Shown: one piece after another, positions 58,899-64,000 of the stretch
Layout: the number at the start of each line of letters is the position of its first letter
Position numbering within the stretch: position 1 is the stretch's first letter
Assembly: GCA_014905635.1 (NCBI GenBank)
Contig: JABVCE010000032.1
Coordinates: 1 to 64,000 of the forward strand
DNA: 64,000 nucleotides
Source: Scenedesmus sp. PABB004
Lineage: Eukaryota
Direction of reading: 5' to 3'
Notes under the pieces: generated by a model
Database searches by the model: none
Seen by the model: only the letters and a program-made list of their open reading frames with translations
What the model was told of the DNA's origin: nothing
Made by a program: the position numbers and the translations under genes

Positions 58899-59873
58899 AT
58901 GTCGACGATTGCTCGAGGCGTGGGGGCTTGGGCAGTGGAGTTCTCCAGCGCAGTGCTCATGATATTTTTCAACAAGGTGCTGCTCTCAAACATGAGCTTT
59001 CGGTTCCCGGTCTCATTGACGGCGATGCACTTTGCGTGGACCGCGGTCGCCACGGCGGCGATGCAGCACTGTGGCGCCGCCGCTGGTCAGGGCGTGGTCG
59101 CTTTACCCCCGCTGCACGCCCTGTTGCTATTCGCCCTGCTCTCTACCACAGCCATCATCTTAAGCAATGCCTCACTCCTGCTTAATTCGGTTGCCTTCTA
59201 TCAGATAATGAAGCTCCCCACGCTCCCGTTTGTTGCGGCCGTGGAGTGGGTCGCGGGGACCAAGCAGTACGCTTGGCAGCACGCAGCGCTGTACGCGACC
59301 ATCCTGGCTGGCGTGTGGCTGACGATTGCGGGCGAGGTGCGCGCTAGCTGGACGGGCACCGCCGTGGCGATGGCATCCTTCATGTCTGCTGGCACTCACC
59401 AGTTTTTTTGCGGGCGACTGCAAGCGGCGTACTCGATGACGCCCAGCCGCCTGTTGGCGTTCATCTCGCCCATCAAAGCCATTGTGCTGTTTGCCTCGGG
59501 CCCCTTCCTTGACAAAGCGCTGTTCGGAGCCTGGCTGGGCGCGTACGCCTGGACGGGCGCGGCCGCGTCGCTGGTCGCGGGGACTTGCCTTCTCGCTGTG
59601 GTCTTGAACCTCGCGCAGTACACCGTCATCAGCCTGCTGGGCGCGGGCCCCTACCAGGCGTTCAGCCAGCTCAAGACGGCAGCGGTCGTCGTGCTCGGCT
59701 CTCTGGTGTTCCAGGGCGACGTGCGGGCGCAGCAGCTTGCAGGTACGGCGCTTGCGATCGCTGGCGTGCTGTCCCTGGCGCGCTTTGAGCGCCACCTGGA
59801 GCGTTTAAAGGAAACGGCGTTCATGGAGCTGCCCTCAAGCACGGAAGCCCAGCCCCCGCCACCAGCAAAGTAA
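58899..59873 (+). CDS. Nucleotide-sugar transporter (TPT/SLC35E family, plant UXT/URGT-like), intronless
   Basis: SAVLMIFFNKVLL...FRFPVSLTAMHF, LSNASLLLNSVAFYQIMKL and YQAFSQLKT, with about 10 hydrophobic segments. Confidence 0.88.
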   Translation: MSTIARGVGAWAVEFSSAVLMIFFNKVLLSNMSFRFPVSLTAMHFAWTAVATAAMQHCGAAAGQGVVALPPLHALLLFALLSTTAIILSNASLLLNSVAFYQIMKLPTLPFVAAVEWVAGTKQYAWQHAALYATILAGVWLTIAGEVRASWTGTAVAMASFMSAGTHQFFCGRLQAAYSMTPSRLLAFISPIKAIVLFASGPFLDKALFGAWLGAYAWTGAAASLVAGTCLLAVVLNLAQYTVISLLGAGPYQAFSQLKTAAVVVLGSLVFQGDVRAQQLAGTALAIAGVLSLARFERHLERLKETAFMELPSSTEAQPPPPAK

Positions 59874-60010
59874 CTGCGCCCTTCTGTGGGCGCGCCGCGA
59901 TCATCGCTGGCTCTTCGCCCCCGGGTGCGGCAGCCGCGCGCCGACAGCCGCCGCGTGGGCGCGTCACTGGCAAAGCTGCAAGCAGCCGTTGCTGACGTTA
60001 CATGCCGCCC

Positions 60011-61168
60011 TCATAGTCGGCCCTTCTTCGCGTCCGGGAAGAGGCTGTGCGCGAGCGCCTGCGACGCGACCGCGCCGCGGTACTCGCTCACGTACTGCTC
60101 GACCTCGGCCCACAACGGATCGCCCGGCTGCACTCCCAGCAGCGGCCGCAGCAGCTCCGCGAGGCTCTTCCACGCGCCCTCCTCGTGGCCCGGCCGCAGC
60201 ACATGGGCGTCGACAAACGCCGCCAGCGCCGCCTCGTCCCAGCTCCTGTGCTGCCAGCCGGAGCGGTCGATGCGGTCGGCGTGCGTCTGGCGCGGCGCCA
60301 GCTCGATCGCGCCCCGCACGCCAGCGTCGAGCTGGCTGATGCGGTACGACACCAGCCGCTGGTCCATGGACCACTGCGCGAACGAGAGTTCAACGGCTGA
60401 GGTGTAGTTGAACGCAACCGCGAGCTCAGCGTTGATGTGGCGCGCAAAGGCCTCGGACAGGCAGCCCGGGCCGGCCGAGACGTCGCAGATGCAGTCGTAC
60501 CGCATCGCCCTGCGCCACGCCCACACCGGCAGCGCGACCGTGGACATGGGGAACTCGCGGAAGGTCGTGTTGAACAGGTACGTCTCGCCGCAGCACAGCG
60601 CGTTGGTGATCTTGCCCATGCTGCCGTTGCCGCGCGGCAGGAACGTGGCGCCGCTCGCGACGGGCCAGATGTCCGCATCCGTGGTGACGAGCGTCGTGTT
60701 GGCGTCGCCGATGCCGCGCAGGCGGCCGTGCAGCCCGCACAGGCCGGCGACAAACGCGCGGCCGACCTGGGCGAGGGCGACATTGTTGAGCGCCCGCTGG
60801 TCGCTGTGGTCGACAAACAGCAGGTTTTCGGTGAAGTTCCAGCGAGCCAGGTAGCGCAGCATGGTGGACGTGGCGGCGTCCGTGCCCCAGGCGCGGCTGC
60901 CGGGCACGTCGTTCACGAGCAGCACGACCGGCTCGATGCGCTGCCGCCGCCGCCACACGAGCGCCGACAGTGGCACGAAGAACGCGTACAGCGGCGCCGA
61001 GCCCGTGGAGAGGACGACATACTCGGAGAAGGTCGGCCCCGGCGATGGTGGCGGGCTGCCGGCGGCGCGGCCGGCGCGCGGCGCCGCGGACAGCAGCCCG
61101 ACGCACGCCGCCGCCGCCGCCAGCGCCGCCGCCAGGGCCAGGCCGCGAAACAGGCGCGTTGGCCGCAT
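60011..61168 (-). CDS. Type II membrane protein with DxD motif; putative GT-A glycosyltransferase, intronless
   Basis: Signal anchor LALAAALAAAAACVGLLS, then YAFFVPLSALVW, AQVGR, LVTTDADIWPV (DxD), WSMDQRLVS, RIDRSGW and VDAH. TGTAA lies after the stop. Confidence 0.6.
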   Translation of the reverse strand: MRPTRLFRGLALAAALAAAAACVGLLSAAPRAGRAAGSPPPSPGPTFSEYVVLSTGSAPLYAFFVPLSALVWRRRQRIEPVVLLVNDVPGSRAWGTDAATSTMLRYLARWNFTENLLFVDHSDQRALNNVALAQVGRAFVAGLCGLHGRLRGIGDANTTLVTTDADIWPVASGATFLPRGNGSMGKITNALCCGETYLFNTTFREFPMSTVALPVWAWRRAMRYDCICDVSAGPGCLSEAFARHINAELAVAFNYTSAVELSFAQWSMDQRLVSYRISQLDAGVRGAIELAPRQTHADRIDRSGWQHRSWDEAALAAFVDAHVLRPGHEEGAWKSLAELLRPLLGVQPGDPLWAEVEQYVSEYRGAVASQALAHSLFPDAKKGRL

Positions 61169-61305
61169 GAGGAATGGGAAACAATGATGCGCAGCGCCGG
61201 CAGCGCGCTTGGACAATCTAACAAGGCTGTAGCGCGCACACGCTATTTGGTGGCCGAAGCACACCGCTTTGCCCTGCGGCAGCCCGCCCCTGCATCACAC
61301 CGACG

Positions 61306-62469
61306 ATGAGGCCCCCCCTGCTGCCGCCAGTTCTTGCAGCCCTGGTCGTGACCGGGGCGCTGCTGCTGCTGAGCGAGCTGCGCGCGGCCCCCCCATGCCG
61401 CGGCGCTGCCCAGCACTCCTCGCTCGGCAGCGGTCCCGGTGCCTCCGCCGCCGTGTCAACGGCCTCCCTGCACGGCAGCAGCTTGGGGCTGCTGACCATG
61501 CGGTCGTTGGAGCGGCCGTTCCTGCTGGTCACCGACGGCAGCACCACGGGCGCCCCGCCCGCGCCGCCGCGGGCCGATGGCGATGAGGCGCAGCAGGCGG
61601 TGCTCACGCAGCTTGAACTCGCCCGGCGCTGTGCCGAGGACGCGGACACGGTCGTGGTGGACGTGGGCGCGTTCCTGGGCGACTTCGGGCTGGCCGCGGC
61701 GGCGGCGGGGTGCCGCGTGTACATCTTCGAGGTGCGGCAGCTCGAGGCAGAGCTTGAGCCTGCCGCGCGTGGCGCCAGGCCCGCGCTTCAGCGCCCCGCG
61801 GCGCCTCCCCATGTGCCGCAGGTTCAGCCCCGCCAAGCGGCACTCATCCAGGCGTCGATCAACGTCAACGGCTTCGGCGAGCGCGTGACCCTGGTCAACA
61901 AGGCCGTCACCAACGCGTCAAACGCGCGCTTGACGTTTTCGGCCGCCGGGGGTCAGACGGCCAAGGCGGGCGGCGGCGGCGGCACAATAACTGTCGACAG
62001 CGTTGCCCTCGACGACCTCTTCCCCGCGCCTGCAAGAATATTCTTCCTGAAAATTGACACGGAAGGTTGGAGGCACGGCCGCACGCCGCGCCGGTGTTGG
62101 CACTGTTCTGACGCCGCCGCTGGCTCCCTCCCGCGCGCAGGGTTTGAGCTTGACGTCTTTGCAGGCGCGGCACGGCTCTTTCAGCAGCGGCGTGTCGACA
62201 ACGTGGTCTTTGAGTACACGGCGTTCTGGACCGACCGCGCTGACCAGCAGGCGCTTCTGCCCTTTGTAGAAGCTTTCCAGCCGAGAGCGCTGTACGCGCT
62301 CGACCGCACGGGGCCAACGGTGTACGGCCCGCTGGGTCCCCAGGACGTGCGGGGTTTCTGGAAGGCGCACAACGACCGGCACCTGCAAACTGACGTGTAC
62401 GCAACGTTCAGCGATGCGGACAGCCGGAAAGTGCGCGCGACGCCTTACACCCAGAGCGTAAACGCTTGA
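61306..62469 (+). CDS. FkbM-family SAM methyltransferase with signal anchor; probable introns 61732-61821 and 62066-62140
   Basis: VVVDVGAFLGDFGL, VYIFE|VQP, SINVNGF, SVALDDLF, FLKIDTE|GFELDVFAGA and VVFEY. Confidence 0.88.
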   Translation: MRPPLLPPVLAALVVTGALLLLSELRAAPPCRGAAQHSSLGSGPGASAAVSTASLHGSSLGLLTMRSLERPFLLVTDGSTTGAPPAPPRADGDEAQQAVLTQLELARRCAEDADTVVVDVGAFLGDFGLAAAAAGCRVYIFEVRQLEAELEPAARGARPALQRPAAPPHVPQVQPRQAALIQASINVNGFGERVTLVNKAVTNASNARLTFSAAGGQTAKAGGGGGTITVDSVALDDLFPAPARIFFLKIDTEGWRHGRTPRRCWHCSDAAAGSLPRAGFELDVFAGAARLFQQRRVDNVVFEYTAFWTDRADQQALLPFVEAFQPRALYALDRTGPTVYGPLGPQDVRGFWKAHNDRHLQTDVYATFSDADSRKVRATPYTQSVNA

Positions 62470-62611
62470 GCATCATCTTTCTGGTTCCCTGCAGCTCGAG
62501 CCACCACCGCCAAGCAGTCGAGGCGCCGGGCGCGGTGGCTGCATCGCGGCGGCAGGCCTCGCCTCTCGCTGCACCAGGAGCGCCGCTGTGCTGGCCAGCA
62601 GCCAGCAGCTA

Positions 62612-64000
62612 TCAGCAGGTGATGAACACGTCCTCCATGCCAAACTGCTCTTCCACAATAAACGCTCTCAACGCAGCGGGCGAGAGGGCAGGCGCGCTGT
62701 CGGGATCGCCCACCGTTGTCATTTGCTTGACCCTCTTGATGGTGCACTGGAGCTCCAGCAGCGCCGCAAACGTCTCGTGCGCCGCCGCGCGTGATATGAT
62801 GCCGTCGCGCTGCCACGTCACCGGCGCGACCTCGATCAGCAAGTGCCGCACGCGCTTGCTTCGGAGCATGCCCATGGCCGTCTTGAGGACGGACACCTCA
62901 AAGCCCTCCGTGTCTGCGACGGGCCCAGGCGCGCCGTCATGAGCGGCTCACGCGGCAAGCAGGGCTTGCTTGCTGCCCGGCCTTCCCTGGCGCACCGATT
63001 TTGATCATGAAGATACTGATGCCGTCAAACACCGCATCCAGCGACACGGGGTGGGTGGTGACGTTGGTGCGCGGCCCCGGCACGGCCGTGGCGTCCAGTC
63101 CCGTCTTGACGCTGAACGAGCCACGACAGAGCGGAGGGACGGCCATGACCATCGGCGTCGGGTCGGCTGCAATGGCCTCGGGGATGATGCCAAACCGGCC
63201 CTCAACGATGGCTCGAATGTGCCCGTTGAGGCAGAGGTTGCGCTGGATTATGTTGATGCACAGCGGCTGGGGCTCGAAAAACACGACCTCGCAACCGTAG
63301 GACGCGGCGAGCACGCCTGGCGGGGAAGGGGGGGGGGGGGGAGATCGTGTGTGTGTATCTGGGGGGGGGCACCACGTGTTCACGAGGGTCGCTGTCGCTG
63401 ATTCTCACCGTAAAACCCCGCATTGGCGCCCGCGTCGACGAACAGCCCGCCGTGGCAGCCCTGCCCGAAAATTCGACTGAACACTGCGTGGACGTGTCGC
63501 TCGCTGTTGACTATCCAGTTCATGATGTCATCAGAGTCCTGTTGGCCGGGGTTCAGCGCAGCGACAGGCGGCGGCGCTGAGCAGCAGCAGCAGCAGGAGC
63601 AGCAGGAGCGGGGCGCCGCTGCCACTCGCGCAGCGCGGCGCGGCCCGCACCTGCGTCAGGTGGATGCGCTCGCCGCCCGGTTCCGAATACAGCAGCGTCT
63701 GGGCCAGCTTGCCCTGCTCAAACAGGCGGGAGCAGTCTGCGCGTGCTGCAAAGCGCTGCGAGAGGCCAGGCTGCGCTGTGACAGCAGACGCCGGCGCCGG
63801 GGCCGCCGCCGAAGCTGACGCCGCGGCACCATGTCCGGCCAGCAGGGCTTGTTCGATGCCGCGCTGGTGGACCGCGATGTGCACAAGCAAACACCCAAAC
63901 ACCGCCGCCAGCACGACCGTGGCAGCGGTCGACGCCCAGCTGCTTCGCGGCGGGCGCGCGGTGACAGCGGGTCGCCCCGCGCGCTTGCGGGCCTGGCGCA
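62612..64000 (-). CDS. Second FkbM-family methyltransferase with signal anchor, multi-exon; start probably 1 nt beyond window
   Basis: (M)RQARKR...VVLAAVFGCLLVHIAV, LFVDAGANAGFYG|VLAASYGCEVVFFEPQP, VSLDAVF, MIKI|DTEGFEVSVL and LLIEV. Confidence 0.85.

Noticed and set aside
53379..64000. Cluster as bacterial contamination or an intact endogenous giant virus
   Set aside because: Several genes have spliceosomal introns, TGTAA signals and host-like GC, and one retro-insert is shared with the rest of the window. No viral hallmark genes are seen; an ancient HGT origin remains possible.

Overview
Very GC-rich eukaryotic DNA with spliceosomal introns (GTGCG/GTGAG and many GCGCG donors) and TGTAA-type poly(A) signals. 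This is consistent with a chlorophyte green alga (inference: Chlorophyceae, Sphaeropleales-like). The left two-thirds is a rearranged, duplication-rich region. It holds an inverted head-to-head duplication of a large secreted Cys-rich/EGF/ricin-B lectin gene, DUF4286, TBCCD1, an AHI1/Jouberin-like gene, a probable plastid protein and an RlmI-like methyltransferase pseudogene. It also holds an 8.5-kb tandem duplication carrying a bacterial-type multicopper oxidase, scattered gene fragments, and 5'-truncated non-LTR retroelement insertions with target-site duplications. A divergent ClpB follows. The most notable feature is at 53.4-64 kb: seven tightly packed, strictly alternating, intron-poor genes. 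They encode a GT61, an FAD oxidoreductase, an SDR-like/sugar-isomerase TIM-barrel fusion, a nucleotide-sugar transporter, a DxD GT-like protein and two FkbM methyltransferases. Together they look like a eukaryotic biosynthetic gene cluster for a rare, O-methylated sugar or glycan, and two of its divergent gene pairs share a duplicated promoter segment. All family calls come from motif recognition by eye; no database searches were run.
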